This document shows, piece by piece, positions 1 to 13,849 of a stretch of 64,000 nucleotides of DNA (its first letter is position 1; every line of letters begins with the position of its first letter). Below the pieces are notes generated by a model, which was not told where the DNA came from, made no database searches, and saw nothing but the letters and a program-made list of their open reading frames with translations. The stretch is from Vicugna vicugna. Taxonomy: Eukaryota. A program made the translations under genes and the position numbers. The stretch spans positions 5,514,792 to 5,578,791 of the forward strand of contig MU058384.1 of the NCBI GenBank assembly GCA_013265495.1. The letters are read 5' to 3'.

Positions 1-2269
1 CGTCAAATCAGGGGGAAAAAAATCAATAAAAATATTGATTCTTCATTTGGCAACCCACAGACTATTTTCTCACATGTTGTCGAATTTGATTCTTATAGTA
101 ACTCCGTAAGGGAGTCTGGGCAGGTGTGTGTTAATCTAATTTTGCATATGAGCAAACTAAGGACCAAAGAAGTTCTCACTCTCCTGATGAAAAATAGAAG
201 TAAACAGCAGAGTGGCCATTCCTCCAGGGACTGCGTCTGCCTAGTTTAGTGTTTAACTTCCCTTCGTGATCCCTTACACAGATCAAAATGGATTTTCTTA
301 CTGCTTTTCTTCCATGACTCTTTTATCTGTAGAGGTGTTCCATGGAGAGCTCTCAGCACATTGCCCAGCTCATGGTGACCAGGAGGTAGAGACGGAGGGT
401 TGGATGTTACTGTTGTACTGAAGATTAAATGAGATAAAGTGTGTGAAATCTGCTTTGTAAGTTATACTAGAGTACACATATCCATGCATATAATATTATA
501 TGCATATGTTACTATATACATATATTATTATTATTACTGTTTATGTCTTCCTAGGCATTTAGGAAGGCTTCAAAAAGGAAACTCTTGAAACTTACTTAGA
601 GTATCTGAGAAAAAAAAAGATTGCTACCAACAAAAAATGTGGTAATAAATTGTAAGAGAAAAAAACAGAGGAAGGAATATACACAGAAAGAAAAAAACAT
701 TTTAAAATAGAGTAAGAAACTACTTGGGGAAAGAAAAAAAAAAAAGAAAGTACTTGGAGCATGCTGAACCTCGGGGAAGTGCTCAAATGTAACTGAAGTT
801 CAATGATAGAGAGAGATACATGCCTTGCCTCCAAAATGTCCCCAAATGGCACATAAATAAATAAGTAAACATAAGCTTAGAATTTCTCATTTTCTTTTCT
901 CAGAAGAATTCTTGTAGTTGAATTTGAGCCTGCCTGAGATGTTGAGCACTTCAGAGGAACCACACAGATTGCCGCCTGTGCTGTGAAGTACCCTGACCGG
1001 ACCAGGTCAGAGAGCATCCTTCATGTCCTGAAAACAAGGAGGCATTTCTCAGCAGGATCCTTTGCCAACTTCCCCCAGCCTGATAAGGGAGTGTAACACA
1101 GACTGCCTCACTGCCTGGTTATTTTCATCTCTTAATGTTTACTAGTCTCTGCACCCCATCTCTCTTTCCATAATTCTGTATTGCTAGTTGTAATCAAATC
1201 CTACCTTGGAAATCTCAGACTCGGGCAGAAAGAGCACGCTCGTTCCAGCAGCTGCTGCCCTGGGCTCTTTTGCTGTGTCACCAAGTGAGGAAGGCTTAGA
1301 CATTAGGTTGAATGACCAGAGCCTTTGCCATCAAACAAACACCGTCAAACACTAGCGTCAATAAGTGACATGATTACTCAATCTAGTCAATTATTCTGAA
1401 GAAGAACGAAGTAAACATCAACTTATTACAAGCGCATGTCTATGTGTACATTGGAGTAACTTTGTATAAAGGTCTAAGGGGCTCGAAAGACATTTTTCTC
1501 ATCTATTTGAGTCTGAAAAAGAGAAAACAAAAGAAAGCTTAATGTTGCTGACAGGTCCACAAATGTCATGCATCTCATAGGAAATTCAGATTCACATTAT
1601 TATTCTGACCTACCATGGACTGTAGCCCAAAATGGGACTGAACTTGAACCAGAATCTGGATCAGGTAACACCTGGTATGCTCACTTAGCTTGCTGGGACA
1701 TAGCTGCCCATGCTTCACTGATCCAAACCAAAATGCCCACTTAAGAAATTCATAAATCTTAGCCCCCTCTGGGAGCTTATAAATCTTTTAATCTTATTAT
1801 ACAACGCAACACCCACCAGGCACCAAATACTTGGAGGGTTCATTTAAACAGTATTGAGAAACAAAATTCAACATGCTACTCTAGAAATTCCCACTCTGAT
1901 TTCTTTAAGGGCAATTTTCAAATTGCTGGGGAACAAGTGCTTTTCCCCTTTCTTGAGCCTTTCAAGAAGCTTGAAAGCAAAAGACATTTTTTCCTGTGAC
2001 ATTTCCCTCCAAATAGAGAGATGGAGAAACACCCTTGGATGTTCAGAGAACTCAAGAACAAGGTCATCCCCAGACCTACGAATCTGGTCTTTAGAACCAA
2101 GGAGAAATCAAAATGTTTCAAATTCTTTACAGATACCTGGGGTTTCAAGATGAAAACACACCCTCCAGTTTCTCCTCTCCACTCCATTCCTGAAGATACT
2201 CCTATCTGAGTATCTTCAGGCTGATAAGCATCTGCCCACAACAAGAGTTCTAGTTACTAGGCATCCACT

Positions 2270-2680
2270 GTATATCACACCTCGGACCAGAGCTTCACAC
2301 ACCTCCTCTCATTTGGATTTTCAACCCCTGGAGGTATTATTTACCCATCTTGCAGATAATGAAATGTAGGTAATTTGCCTAAAGCAAAAAGAACTAGACC
2401 AAAAAAAAACCGAAGTCAGGTGTGTCTGCCTTCAAGACAGCACACTGTGGTTCCATATGTGATCTGTTGGACAGAAATATCGAACTTCTCTTTATCCAAA
2501 TTCTTTTTTCCTAGGTATTTGACTCTGTACAGGTCACTTAACTTCCTAAAAGTTCAGTTTCTAAAAAATGGGACTGACAATTCTTGTTCCCTGTATTTCA
2601 TGGGATTGTTGAAGAAGTAAAAGGAAATAGCACATCTAGGGTGTTGTTATCAGCGCTAAAAAGCTTTCAAATCACAGGTG
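2270..2680. mobile_element. Two MIR fragments in opposite orientation
   Basis: CCCATCTTGCAGATAATGAAAT (minus) and GTCACTTAACTTC...TTCAGTTTC...AAAATGGG (plus). Confidence 0.55.
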
Positions 2681-3005
2681 TGCATTATTTAGGGTTAGGT
2701 TTGACTGTACAGCAGAAACATCCAAAATGTTTCTGGCTTGCATGAGAAGAAAATTGATGTCTCTTTTATGTGAAAGATGACATGAGGTAGGCAGTCCAGA
2801 GAAAGGAGGGCAGATTCTCCATCTCTGGCCCCCAGGGTTCTTCAGTCATGCTGATCTCTACCTTGTACATCACCTCATGGTACCATACGGCCCCATCCAC
2901 ACTGACTGCATTCAGCAGATAAGAAGAAAGTCCAAATGAAGGATGCATCTCCTCTTGCAAATGTCCCTTCCCAGAAGTTGCACACATTTTTAGCTTCTCC
3001 ATTCC
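2680..3005 (-). mobile_element. Old MaLR LTR (MLT1J/K-like)
   Basis: TAGGGTTAGGTTTGACTG...GAGGTAGGCAGTCCAGAG...CCCTTCCCAGAAGTTGCACAC. Confidence 0.5.
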
Positions 3006-3929
3006 ACCATAATCTTACACTGCCCACTAAAGCATATAGAGACATACAAATTATGTTCAGATGACAGGATTGATTAACCAGGCTTTAGATGCTATGAGTC
3101 ATCTTCCCTCTGAGAGCACAAGCTATGCTCTCAGAGCATTTCTAAGAGAAGATACACATCAGATATTATCCTCACATCCAGGTCACAATTTGTGAAACAC
3201 AGAGTGACTAAAGGGCTTATTTAAAGTCTCATGTTTAATAGATTTTTTTTGAGAATCAGGCTATTTGATCACTGTACCTTCCAGACAATTTTTTGCACAA
3301 AGCAGCTGGACAGAAAGTATAAAATTCACCCAACTGGCCAAATGTTGGCAGGAGAATAATTCAAATATCTTGAAGAATGACTTGAATTTGGCTTTAAGTG
3401 AACATAACCAAAAACCAGGGTTCTTTCCATCAAACCAGGATGCTATAACCAAAAATTTAGTACTTGAAAAATTGGGGAGAGGGAGAAATAAAAATTCTAG
3501 CTACAAGCTCCTTCACCTTTGCCTTTCATTTTCATTTTCTGTTTAACGGTGACAATTTAAAAAATATGGAGTCTCTAATTATTGACTTTTTTTTATAAGC
3601 CCTTGCTCCTTCCTATAGTCGACTGTCATCTCAATCAGTGATTGGCACTAAAGAATGCATCCTCACAATTTTGAGATATATGTGGAAATAACCTGAAATA
3701 ACCTGAGGGAAATGTCAATTGTTCATATCTATAATGCATTATTTTAAAAAGAAGCATATACAATATATTGTAGAGTAAACATTGTGCATGGAATTTAGGC
3801 TAAAACACAGACTCCAAAGTTATGGCAGGTACCCAGGCCAGGCTAACTCTCCTAGGCAGCCAGGGTCACAGCCACCCTCCTCTCATCGAGATGTCTTTAA
3901 GAGTGATGTGAACACCATCTGTCTGTTTC

Positions 3930-4230
3930 CTCCCATACCTCATTCAGGCCTTTACTTCAGTGTCACCTCCTTAACACTGACGTCCCCAAATGCCCTGTGT
4001 AAAACACCACACACACCCATCCACGCCTCTCTGTCTCTCTCACTTCTTCTCATTTCCCCTTGGCACTTATTACCACCTGACACTTGCTATGTATGTATTT
4101 CTTTCTTTATTGTCTGTCCTCAAATAAAATGTGAACACCACAAGGGCTGGACTTTGACTTGTGGACTGCCATATCCCAACTTCTTAGAACAGGGCCAGGC
4201 ATATTTACATAATTAACAAAATGATGAGAA
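3930..4230 (+). mobile_element. L2 3' fragment
   Basis: GCACTTATTACCACCTGACA...TTATTGTCTGTC...AATGTGA...TAGAACAGGGCCAGGCA. Confidence 0.6.
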
Positions 4231-4505
4231 TTTTAGACACCATGATAGACCAGAAAAAACTGGTTTGGGCAGGTGATCCTATGATATGCCCCTTAAATTA
4301 TACCATAGATGTCTCTGACTAAGCTTATAAAGCATCCAGAGAGACCTTAGTAAATCTTACAGGACACGTTTTATTCTCATTAAAATGAAAAATGTAGATA
4401 AAATCGATCATTTCCTTCAACGCTTCTGAATGATTTCCATTAAGGTTGCGCCCTTACAGTAGTTCCTTGAGTGTCTGGTAATAACTTCCTTACAAACTCT
4501 CACAA

Positions 4506-4777
4506 TAGACACAGACATAGAAAACAAACTTACGGGTACCAATGGGGAAAAGGAGGGCGGGGAATAAACTAGGAGTTTGGGATTAGCAGATTAAAAACTA
4601 CTATATACAAAACAAATAAACAACAAAGTTCTACTGATTAGCACAGGGACCGACATTCGATATCTTATAATGATAACCTATAATGAAAAAATGTTTAACT
4701 GAATCACTATGCTTTACACCAGAAGTTAACACAACATTGTAAATCAACAATACTTCAATTAAAAAAAAATAAAATAA
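4506..4777 (+). mobile_element. 5'-truncated cetartiodactyl-type L1 3' end
   Basis: ACAGACATAGAAAACAAACTTA...GGAGTTTGGGATTA...CACAGGG...ACAACATTGTAAATCAAC followed by an A-rich tail. Confidence 0.85.
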
Positions 4778-4819
4778 ACTTGCAGAGTAAAGAATACCAA
4801 ACACATCCCTAGTCCTTCC

Positions 4820-5600
4820 TTCCTTCATTCATTCATTCAATTATTCAACAAATATTTTTGGAGTACCTTCTGTGAGCTAGGCGATATTCCAGACCTTGAG
4901 GATATAACAGGAACAAAAATCCATGACTTCGTCGAGTTTCTATTCTAATGAGAAGAGAGATGGGCAATAGACAAATGTATATTTTGGAGGGTAAGAAATG
5001 CTGTAGGAAAAAAAAACAGGGTAAGAGAGATCAGGAGCTGAGATCAGTTGGAGAGGACAGTCACAGGGAGGGAGATTAGAGAAGGACTCCTGAAGATATA
5101 AGAGGTTATGCAATGTGGAAACAGGGGTAGGGGTGGGGAGGTGGGAGGTGGTCAGGGATGTGTCTTGGCGGGAGGCGGGCTCCAGGCTGAAGAATGGCCA
5201 GTGAGGAAGCCCTAGGGTAGAGATGTGCTGGGTGTGTTCTGAGACCAGCAGGGACAGGGTGGCGGGAGCTGCTTGGCAGGCAGTTGGGTCCTTTGGGACA
5301 CTACAGTCCTGGGGCCAGCGTGTGGAGAGCAGTGAGTGAAGAGTGCCAGGACTTCGGGATAAGGTCAGGCAGATGCCAGGCAGCAGGGCCTCGTCGGCCA
5401 CCATGGGATTGACTTCACTCAGTGAGGTGGGGGCCACCCAAGGATTCTAAGGAGAGGAGTGACGTAGCCGTGTTAACACTAAGCCACGGGGGCTCAGAGC
5501 CTGTGTAGAAAGGCCAATCTTGTCACTGTTGAGAGAAGTTGAGAGAAAGAGCAAAGTCAAGGTTGATGCCAAGATTTGGGGCTTGAGCAACTGGCAGGAC
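4820..5600 (-). mobile_element. L2 3' fragment
   Basis: The (CATT)n/TTCAACAAATATT end followed by typical antisense L2 text (GAGGAAGCC...GGGATAAGGTCAG...GAGGAGTGAC...GGCTTGAGCAACTGG). Confidence 0.75.
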
Positions 5601-6915
5601 CTTGTGGCCACACGATGACCTGAAGAAGTGGAAGGAGTTTGGAGCTCGGGGAAAGGGGGGTTTTAGGCACTGTTACAAAACACAGCGCCCTTTCAGCCTA
5701 CCGAAGTGGCAAGGAACCGAGCAGCATTCGGTAACGGCTGCAGGAGAGCCAGGGTGCCAGGCCCGGTGGCCCCAGACGGGTCTCCACAGCCCAAAAGACC
5801 CAGGTCCATCCAGGTTGACACCGGACACCGGCAGCTCCTTCTGCCAGAAGCCCCAGCTGTCACTGTCACGCTCACCAGAAAAAATATAATTAAATACAGT
5901 ATTCCACCACGCCCCTGCTTCTCACTTCCCTCTCCAGTTAAGGGCCACCTGATGGGCCCAGCCTGCTCAGAGCCTGCTGGGGTGCATGGCTACAGGCTCT
6001 GTCTTCCAGCTGGAGGGTTTAAGAGCATAAATCCCCCCAAAACCTATTCACCAGAGCTTGACCACCAGCGAACCCCGAGATATTCTTGCAATCACCGCTT
6101 TACTCGTTCCTAAATGCTCAGTGAATATTTTCTGCAAAGCCACATGATTTTTTTCTCTACTTCCGGTCCTAGACAATGTTTCTTGTGGGATGTGCGGCCT
6201 GCTGGGGCCCAGACCGGCTCAAGGCCTGAAGCAGGCTCATGAAAACTACATCACAGTCTGAGACACAGTTCTCTGAGGAAAAAAAAAGAAAGACAAGATA
6301 TTTGAAACTTGAGAATAAAACATTTCTAGAGAAGAATGAATACTAGTCTTTAGGCTTAAGAGGGAATATACACCAAGTAAATGATAAATGGGTATTTAAA
6401 ATTGCTTACGTAGATACTTAAAAATTGGAAATTTGGGAAGCTCTGGTCTGGTGCTCCTTAAGAATAGTCATTATCACCGGATAATGAGTAACTATTTATT
6501 GTTATTTTTTGAGAGGTTACTAATGCGAAATAATACTGGGCAAAATGCTTACGTTCCGCGTCTCATTTGACTTTCACCATAGCCCCACTTAGGCAGGACT
6601 AGGTTCAGGGAACTTAAGTAACTTGTCTAACTGGTAAATGATGGGATTCCGATGTCTTAAACTCCTAGCTGTGAAGCTGTGTGTTTCTATTTTAATCTCT
6701 AAGAAGGCAAGATGTCAAGCAAGGACGCTGGAGATCCACAGTGCAACAGTCTGCCCCAGATAATCTCATTAAATGTGTATTTTAGCTTTGTTTTTCAAGC
6801 ATCTTTAAGACAGTCTGCTAGGTCTTCCTTGCCAGGAATTTAGCCTCTTTATTTACAAAACTATGCATCGAGGCACACAAGCACTTATTTCCTGTTTTCT
6901 TTTTTCCATGGGGCT

Positions 6916-6933
6916 GGGGGGGGGGGGGGGGGG
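6916..6933 (+). repeat. G18 homopolymer
   Basis: 18 consecutive G. Confidence 0.9.
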
Positions 6934-7541
6934 AAAATCAATTTTCTTATTTAGGGAACTTATTCAGAAGAGGAACCTTATCAGTAAGTTTTGACATGTT
7001 GACATAATAGAATTCATAAACGAATTCTTCAAATGCATGGGAAGATTTTTCAGGTACACTTTTCGGTTAAAAATATCTAGATGGAAGATAGTGGCTGTAG
7101 TGTGACTCCATTTGCAAACCCATACGGACAGATTTATATGCTTGTAAATGTATAAAGCATTTCTAGAAGGATGCGCAAACTGTTGGGAGGAGGGGAAAGG
7201 AATTTGTGAAGGGTGAGGAAAGCTTTTATCTTTCAGTTTATACCTTTCTCTATCCTTTCGGTTTTCTACTTTTACGGTTACTGAAAGTGAGTGTTTTCAG
7301 TAATCTGTGTGCTTGAAATATTGTTGAGCCTTTTGAAGAAGCTATATTTATGCCTTTATACACTTCATTTTAAAACTATAAAGCTGCGGGGAACTTTGTT
7401 TAACTTTGCTCTTCAACCAAATGTTTTTATTAGTCTTGATTATTTTTCAATGTTTATGGTTAAAGCGAATCATACAGTGTTAATAGGCAGACATTTGCTG
7501 TAATTGGTCAAAGTTACCCTCTAAGTAAAAGGAACACAGAA

Positions 7542-7967
7542 CAGCAACATAGATGGACCTAGAGATGATCCTATTAAGTGAAATAAGTCAGACAGAGAAA
7601 GACAAATATATGCTCTCACTTATACGTGGAATCTAAAAAAAAAAAAAATGAGAGATTTTATTTACAAATCAGAAATAGTTTCACAGACATAGAAAACAAA
7701 CTGGTTACCAGGAGGGAAGGAGGGGGAGGGATAGATTAGGAGTCTGGGATTAACAGATACACATTATTATGTATAAAACAGACAAAACAGCAAGGACCTA
7801 CTGTATAGCACAGGGAACTATATTCAGTTCCTTGTAATGAGCCACAATGAAAAGAAACTGAAAAAAATATATATATATATGTACGTATATGCATAACTGA
7901 ATCGCTTAGCTCTATACCTGAAACTTAAGTAAATCGACTACATTTCAATAAGAAATAAGAATTAAAA
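7542..7967 (+). mobile_element. 5'-truncated cetartiodactyl-type L1 3' end
   Basis: ORF2 end and 3' UTR (GATGGACCTAGAGAT...AAGTCAGACAGAGAAAGACAAATA...ACTGTATAGCACAGGGAACTATATTCA). TSD AAAA(G/A)GAACACAGAA at 7527-7541 and 7968-7982. Confidence 0.9.
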
Positions 7968-10744
7968 AAAAAGAACACAGAATCAAACACCTAAAAATGG
8001 TTAAAATGATCAATTTTATGTTATGTGTATTTGACCACAATTTTTAAAAAACACACAACTTCATAACATGAAATATTGAGTGGAAATCATTATAGCTAAA
8101 ACTTCTTTGGTGCCTGCCCAGTGCCAGGCTCTGTGAAAAGCATGCTGTGCCTTTATTTCCCTGAATCTTCAGATTTTCTTCTACATCCTTGGTGCTTTTC
8201 CTGCCCATTGAACAGAAAATGCTGAATGAAATGATTTGCCCGAGAGCCTACCGAGAACAAGAGGTGAACGCAGGGGGAGCCCAGAGATTCTGATTCCAGA
8301 CACAGGAAGCCACGTGTTGATACGTTACTCTCCATTGCCTCCCAAATTCAAATGAATTTGATTCCTGGAAATATAACTTTGACGTTCGCAAAGAAACTTG
8401 ACTTCTTTCTTGTACATATATAGTGAAATGTGAAACTTCAAAACGTATTCATGGCCTTGTTACTCATTTATAAGTGGTGTTTTCCATATACAATAAGTAA
8501 TTAAAATTTTTATTTAATATTTATTACAATATTTAATATTTCTTATAATAAGTAACTGGCTAAATTTTCTGGCTGTATCAGTGATGAACAGGAAACTTCT
8601 TTTGTTTTCAACTTTATACTACTGAAAATACTTCTGAAATATGTGAGTAAACCTTTTTTTCTTAGTAGAATAATAATGGTATCTTCTTTTGATAAAAGAA
8701 TTTCTTAAGCAACTGTTATAAGTATCAATGATTGTTGTCTAAAAATATGTCAAGCTGAATGTATATTGAAACTGTGCTCTATCCTGAAAACGTCCTTTTT
8801 TATACTAAATCAACAATATGGGTGTGTCTTGGGTAATTTCCCTATGTTTTCTAAAAAATAGAATTTTCAGAGTGATTCTGTAAGTGGGTTTCAGTTAGTA
8901 AGGTTTGGCTACACACTAATGTTTCAAATAGTTCCACAAATGCATAATTCTTGAATTACTAGGTTTAGAGAAAGTTCTACAGTGAAAGACACTAAATACA
9001 GGACAAAAACTGAAAATATTGTTTATTTTTTTTTAAAGTTAAAAAAAAGAAGCTGTGCTTTTTTTTTACAAAATATGCATTCCTGCCACACCCTAATCCC
9101 ATCTCATCTCTCACCCAGATACTCCCTTAGAAAGGACAGGCAGGTTTGATTCTGGTCTCCCTTGCCTGTCTCCTACCACTTTAAATTTTTTCTTTAAGTA
9201 CATTCACCAGAGTGTGTGTGTGTATGGTGTTACAAGATTCTTAAGAGTCAGCTAATCAAATTTCTCACCTAGTGTAGACATGCCTTCAGCAGCATTCCTA
9301 ATAGACTACAGCCCAGACTGAATGTTAATTCTCTTAGTTATAGGGACCTCTGTGTCATTGGACATTCCTTCCTTTGTCAGACAATTCTAATTGCCATCAT
9401 CCTTCTGCCACCAATACAGTCAACTATTGATACGAGTTCCAACACTAGAGAAATTTAGATTGTGAACACTCACTCTTCTACAGACAAACTTCTCTAGGGT
9501 TCTTTGCCCAAGACCTTTCCTTTTCTAGTAAGGGAGTTATTGAAAATGATAAAGCCAGAAGCTGTACATGGCTCTTTATAACCTCTGGACAAAATATTTA
9601 TTGGAATGTATTGCCTTGTCTTACACAATAAAGCATCCCAGACTGAATTTATTCTTAACATGGAGGAAAAACTGCACTTGCATTATGTATTTGAACAGTA
9701 CAGCATTTGAACATCTACATCCACTTGTTCTCAGGTATCTTCAGCCAATGGTGTTATGCTAGAAGCCACATGAAATGTGTTTTAAACAGACAGCATTCCA
9801 TTTCTCTTTGTAGAGTGCCTAGCAAAGTCCTCAACTCCCAGGATGAATAAATGAAGATGGAATGACGCACAAAAATTATAGTAATAATCCACACACACAA
9901 TCATTAACACCTTAAACAGCAGCAGGGTGACAAGAGCCCAAGACGATAAACCAATAAAAATTTACATGATCAGGTCTTAAGAATGCCTTTAGTTGTGAAA
10001 TGTGAATGATTCACTTAGGGATTCTGGGTGTGGGTTAGGAAACATTCACCTCTCTTAACCTGTCAAGAAGCCAATCTGACTCCATGTTTTGCCAATCCAC
10101 TGGGTGTTTGCTCTGCTGGGGATTATTAGCCAACCGGTTTGACAAGAGTTCTTTGTTTTTTGCACTGATACAATTTATTTTCTGAGTTGCCTGAACAAAC
10201 AGGTTGTAATTTAGGCTATTGTGTGGAGAAGCCTGGAAGTTGTTTTTGAAGAAGATAGAGCTCTCTTCCAAGGAAGGACTATTACGCAGTTGCAGTAATT
10301 CACGAGAAATGATTCTCCTGATGTCCACATGTCAGTGAAGTCACTGGAGGGCGGGAAACAACCTTGTAGACTGATTGACGTGAATGGTGGACCATAACTC
10401 ATTGAACCAGTTACCCCTGAAAATATTCTCAGCCAAACACTTCTAACCTCTCTCCTCCCTCAGGCGCTCCTGATAGGTTGGACGGGGGATGGTTTACACT
10501 GAAACTTCTGGTGCTTCTTATGAAGACATCCTAAATATTTTATCTGTGGGCAATTAAATGAAGTAAGAAACCAGGCTACCTGTGGGAAAAGCACAGCCTT
10601 CGAATAATCAAACTTGAAATCATGTCTCAGTTCAGCCATTATTAGCCTCCTGACCTCGAATCCTCTCTGAGTCTCAGCCCTCGAATGTTAAGGACTGCTG
10701 TGAAATTCATGTAACTTAGTAAAACACTTACGCTTGTGTCTGGT

Positions 10745-10931
10745 GCAATCGTTCACAAAGTGTGGTCCCGGGACCAGCAGCATCCGCGTTACCTGGGAAC
10801 TTACTAGAAATGCAAATGCCAAGCCCCACCCAGACCTAATGAATCAAAGGGAAACAGGAGAAAGCAGCCCAGGGTCTCTCACAAGCCCCCCAGGCGATTC
10901 TGATTAGCACAACAAATTTGGACAGTGGCTG
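10745..10931. mobile_element. MER5A (hAT-Charlie)
   Basis: CAAAGTGTGGTCCCGGGACCAGCAGCATC...ACCTGGGAACTT...AGAAATGCAAAT...CCCCACCCAGACCT. Confidence 0.8.
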
Positions 10932-11059
10932 TCCTGGCATATGAAAGTCTCTACAAAAAGGCAGCTGTTATATTCTTCATAGTAGTCCAGTATTTTACAG
11001 TTTATGAAGTTGCTTTTCAACCTAAAATACCATCTATTTTGCTCAATTTTGCATTTCTC

Positions 11060-11750
11060 TTGATCCCGTAATTCCACTTGCAAAATTTTCCTCAGGAAAT
11101 AACCAGATACATTCAGAAAGATTTATGTAGTAGGTTATTCATTGAGGAATTAATCATGCAAGTAAAACTTTGGAAATTAGAGTTAAATAAACAATATGGG
11201 ATGGGTTTAATAAATTATGTCACATCTGTGTAATGGAACATAGTGTAGCAATTAAAAGTCATGTCTTACATCGTGTTTGTGAGAGCAAGTGCCAGAAATC
11301 ATCTACGCCAGAATCATAGGGGAGGCTTTTCAAAATGCAGCTCTCTGGTCTTCATCTCACATTTATGAGTTAGAATCTGTGAGTGAGGACCTTAGAATCT
11401 TCCCTTCCCTCATGCTCCCAGATGACTCTTATGCACACAAAAGTTTGAAAATCGTGTTTCAGATGAATAATTATTAATAATAATACCAATAATTATTCAT
11501 TATTAATAATGATTGGTATTCATGGAATATTATTGAGTGAATTAAAAAACATATTACAAAGAAAATATGTACAATATCTCAATAATATAGGCACTATGTA
11601 CATGTATGTATAAAGATGAACAAAAAATGTGCTAAAATATTAAGTAATTATCTCTGGATGGTAAGATGGCAATTCTGGAGGTGGTTTAATTTCTTCCTGT
11701 TCTAAATTTTCCACATTTTTCTGTAAGGTGTGTAACTTCCAATGAGAGAA
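11060..11750 (+). mobile_element. Decayed L1ME-like 3' fragment interrupted by a MER5-type element (~11295-11460)
   Basis: ATGGTTTAATAAATTATG...ATGGAACATAG...CAATTAAAA and GTAATTATCTCTGGATGGTAAGAT on either side. The inner part has CCAGAATCA...CCCAGATGACTCTTATGCACACAAAAGTTTGAAAATC. Confidence 0.5.
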
Positions 11751-11819
11751 GGGATGTTATTTCAAAAACCATGTATTAGTGCACACATCATTGATCTATG
11801 GAGTGACAGCTTCATATTT

Positions 11820-11957
11820 TCAAAAAACATTTGTATGGGGGATGGAGATAATTTTAGGTTTACTTATTTGTTTATTTTTTAAGCAGAGGTCCTGGGAATT
11901 CAACCCAGGGCCTTGTGCATGCTAGGCATGAACTTTACCACTGAGCTACACCCTCCC
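11820..11957 (-). mobile_element. tRNA-derived SINE (vic-1-like)
   Basis: The reverse complement reads GGGAGGGTGTAGCTCAGTGGTAAAG...CCTGGGTTGAATTCCCAG followed by an A-rich tail. Repeat CTTCATATTT at 11810-11819 and 11967-11976 is a probable TSD core. Confidence 0.85.
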
Positions 11958-12623
11958 TGCTGAGGACTTCATATTTATATCTGAGGATAGAAAGCTCTGA
12001 TGTAGACACATGTGAAAAAGAAATCAAGAAAAAGTAAAATCAAGACATGGATGAACAAAGCAAATATACTTGTGTCGCAAAAGGGGGAGCATTTAAGTCT
12101 GCTTGGGGGCGGGCAAGATAAATTCAGAATTAGGTTGGAAGCCATTTCCGTCTCTTCTCCTGCCTTCCAAGCTGTGCCCAGTGGATACAGATGCAGTCTT
12201 CCATTCATTAGGCAATGGGGGTGGCTGGGCCTACTGCTGACCCTGTATGTCCTCAATGATCACTGAGGACAGAAAAAAAGGAATCCAGAGGACGTTAACC
12301 TGGCACAGAAGTTGTGGAGCCTCCGTAGAGTTCTTTTATGAGAGAAGAGTTGCCCATCTTTCAGCGATGATGTAGGTGTGGTACTTTCTGAAGTCAGAGC
12401 AGTAGTGTAATTTCCAGCTGAAAGTCTTGGCCAGAACCCTGACATCCCCTACGGTGGGCACTGGCAGGTAAGTGATGGGATTGCCTGTAGGAGACAGTCT
12501 CGTGGAAAATGCTCCTCAACCCCAATTGATCAGAGTAACTTGTAGTTAAAGAACTGCTTTCAGCCGGTGTGTATTAACTGTCTATCCTGGGCCCACCACC
12601 AAGCTGGGCCCCAGAGAAGACAT

Positions 12624-13155
12624 CAGGGAGCTAAAGAGTGAGGACCACCAGCACAGCCCCAGTCCCAGAAGGGGCCACATGCTTGGGGCTTAACACTCTG
12701 TGGTCACCTCTTGAAATTATTAATAACTTTATCTTTGAGTTAGTGTTTTGTAAGTGAAGCCCAAAGGGACAGTGGAGCATGGGGTGTAGCGACGGATTTG
12801 TTCATCGCCTCCTCTCCCTCACAGGTTGTCATCCTCCTGCTCCTCTAACCCCATCCAGTGACTGCAGCCAATGAGGCAGGCAGATGCCTGGACAAAGGTG
12901 CAGGGAGGGCTGAAGTCAGTTGTGCCTAAACTGCGCCCCACGTCGATAGGCAGGGCCCAGAACACCTGGGAGGTTCTGCATCACCTTGTGAGTTTCCCGT
13001 GCTCCAGGGGGCATGATATTAAATAGCAAATAAAAAACACCACAATAGATCAAGAAAGGAACGGAAAAAGAAAAGAAAGCTTTTTTCAGGCTTTTTGAAC
13101 AAGAGGCCCTGTGGGGCTTTTGCCCTGGGCTTTATAAATTAGGGAGTTGGTCCTG
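12624..13155. mobile_element. MER45-family element (hAT-Tip100)
   Basis: CAGAAGGGGCCACATGCTTGG...TCTTGAAATTATTAATAA and TTTTTGAACAAGAGGCCC...TTTTGCCCTGGGC...GGTCCTG ends. Confidence 0.65.
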
Positions 13156-13481
13156 ATGAAACTTACGGGGGTGGGAGGAATCAAGGCACAAATATTGAAT
13201 AAATAAAAAAGGAGGACTTATGGGAAGAGGAGCCTCCCTTGATGAGCATTTCTTGTCTTTCTGAGAAAACTAATCTACCCAGGAAGGGTGTATCCCTTGA
13301 AAGCATCACACTGCAGAGAAAATCGCATGTCTAAATAGGAAGAATATTTTCTCAGGAAGGAGTCTGTAGTGATTATAGGCCAGAACACAGCCCTGCTTAA
13401 TTACATCATGCCGTACCGTAAAAACAATTATTCTAAATCCTCTTTCTCCATCTCTTTCTCTCCTCCACCCTCTAAATGTGA

Positions 13482-13501
13482 GTGTGTGTGTGTGTGTGTG
13501 T
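13482..13501 (+). repeat. (GT)10 microsatellite
   Basis: Perfect dinucleotide run. Confidence 0.95.
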
Positions 13502-13668
13502 ATCCAGGACTAATTAGAGAAAGTATTAGGAATGTAACAAATTCTTAGGTTATTGCTAAACAATGTTGGGAGGAAAAAATACAATCATAAAAATGAGTTG
13601 AGTTCACCTTTCTTCCTAGAAACGATCTTTCCAGCAACTTTCTATTGTTCTTCTTTTGAGAAAAGGAG

Positions 13669-13757
13669 TTAATGTTTTAAATGGAGCTACTGGGATTGAA
13701 CCCAGAATCTCACACATGCTAAGCACACACTCTACCACTGAGCTGTACCCTGCCCCC
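13669..13757 (-). mobile_element. Short tRNA-derived SINE (vic-1-like)
   Basis: The reverse complement reads GGGGGCAGGGTACAGCTCAGTGGTAGAGTGTGTGCTTAGCATG...GGGTTCAATCCCAG, the same family as the other three copies. Confidence 0.85.
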
Positions 13758-13849
13758 TAAAGAGGGCTTTTAAGACCTAGACCTTGGCCTCGTTTACTCT
13801 GAGTCACGTAAACTTCATGAGCCTTTATTCCCCATTGTCAGTTTCCTCT

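Noticed and set aside
3108..3136. 11-bp inverted repeat CTCTGAGAGCA-N7-TGCTCTCAGAG
   Set aside because: An 11-bp stem with free loop length is roughly expected by chance in 64 kb, and it is too short for a pre-miRNA.
4940..5437. 165-aa minus-strand ORF
   Set aside because: It lies wholly in a decayed L2 and is a stop-poor chance frame.
10035..10328. 97-aa ORF with protein-like composition
   Set aside because: No family I can recognise and no supporting splice or promoter context. The length is within chance expectation for 64 kb.
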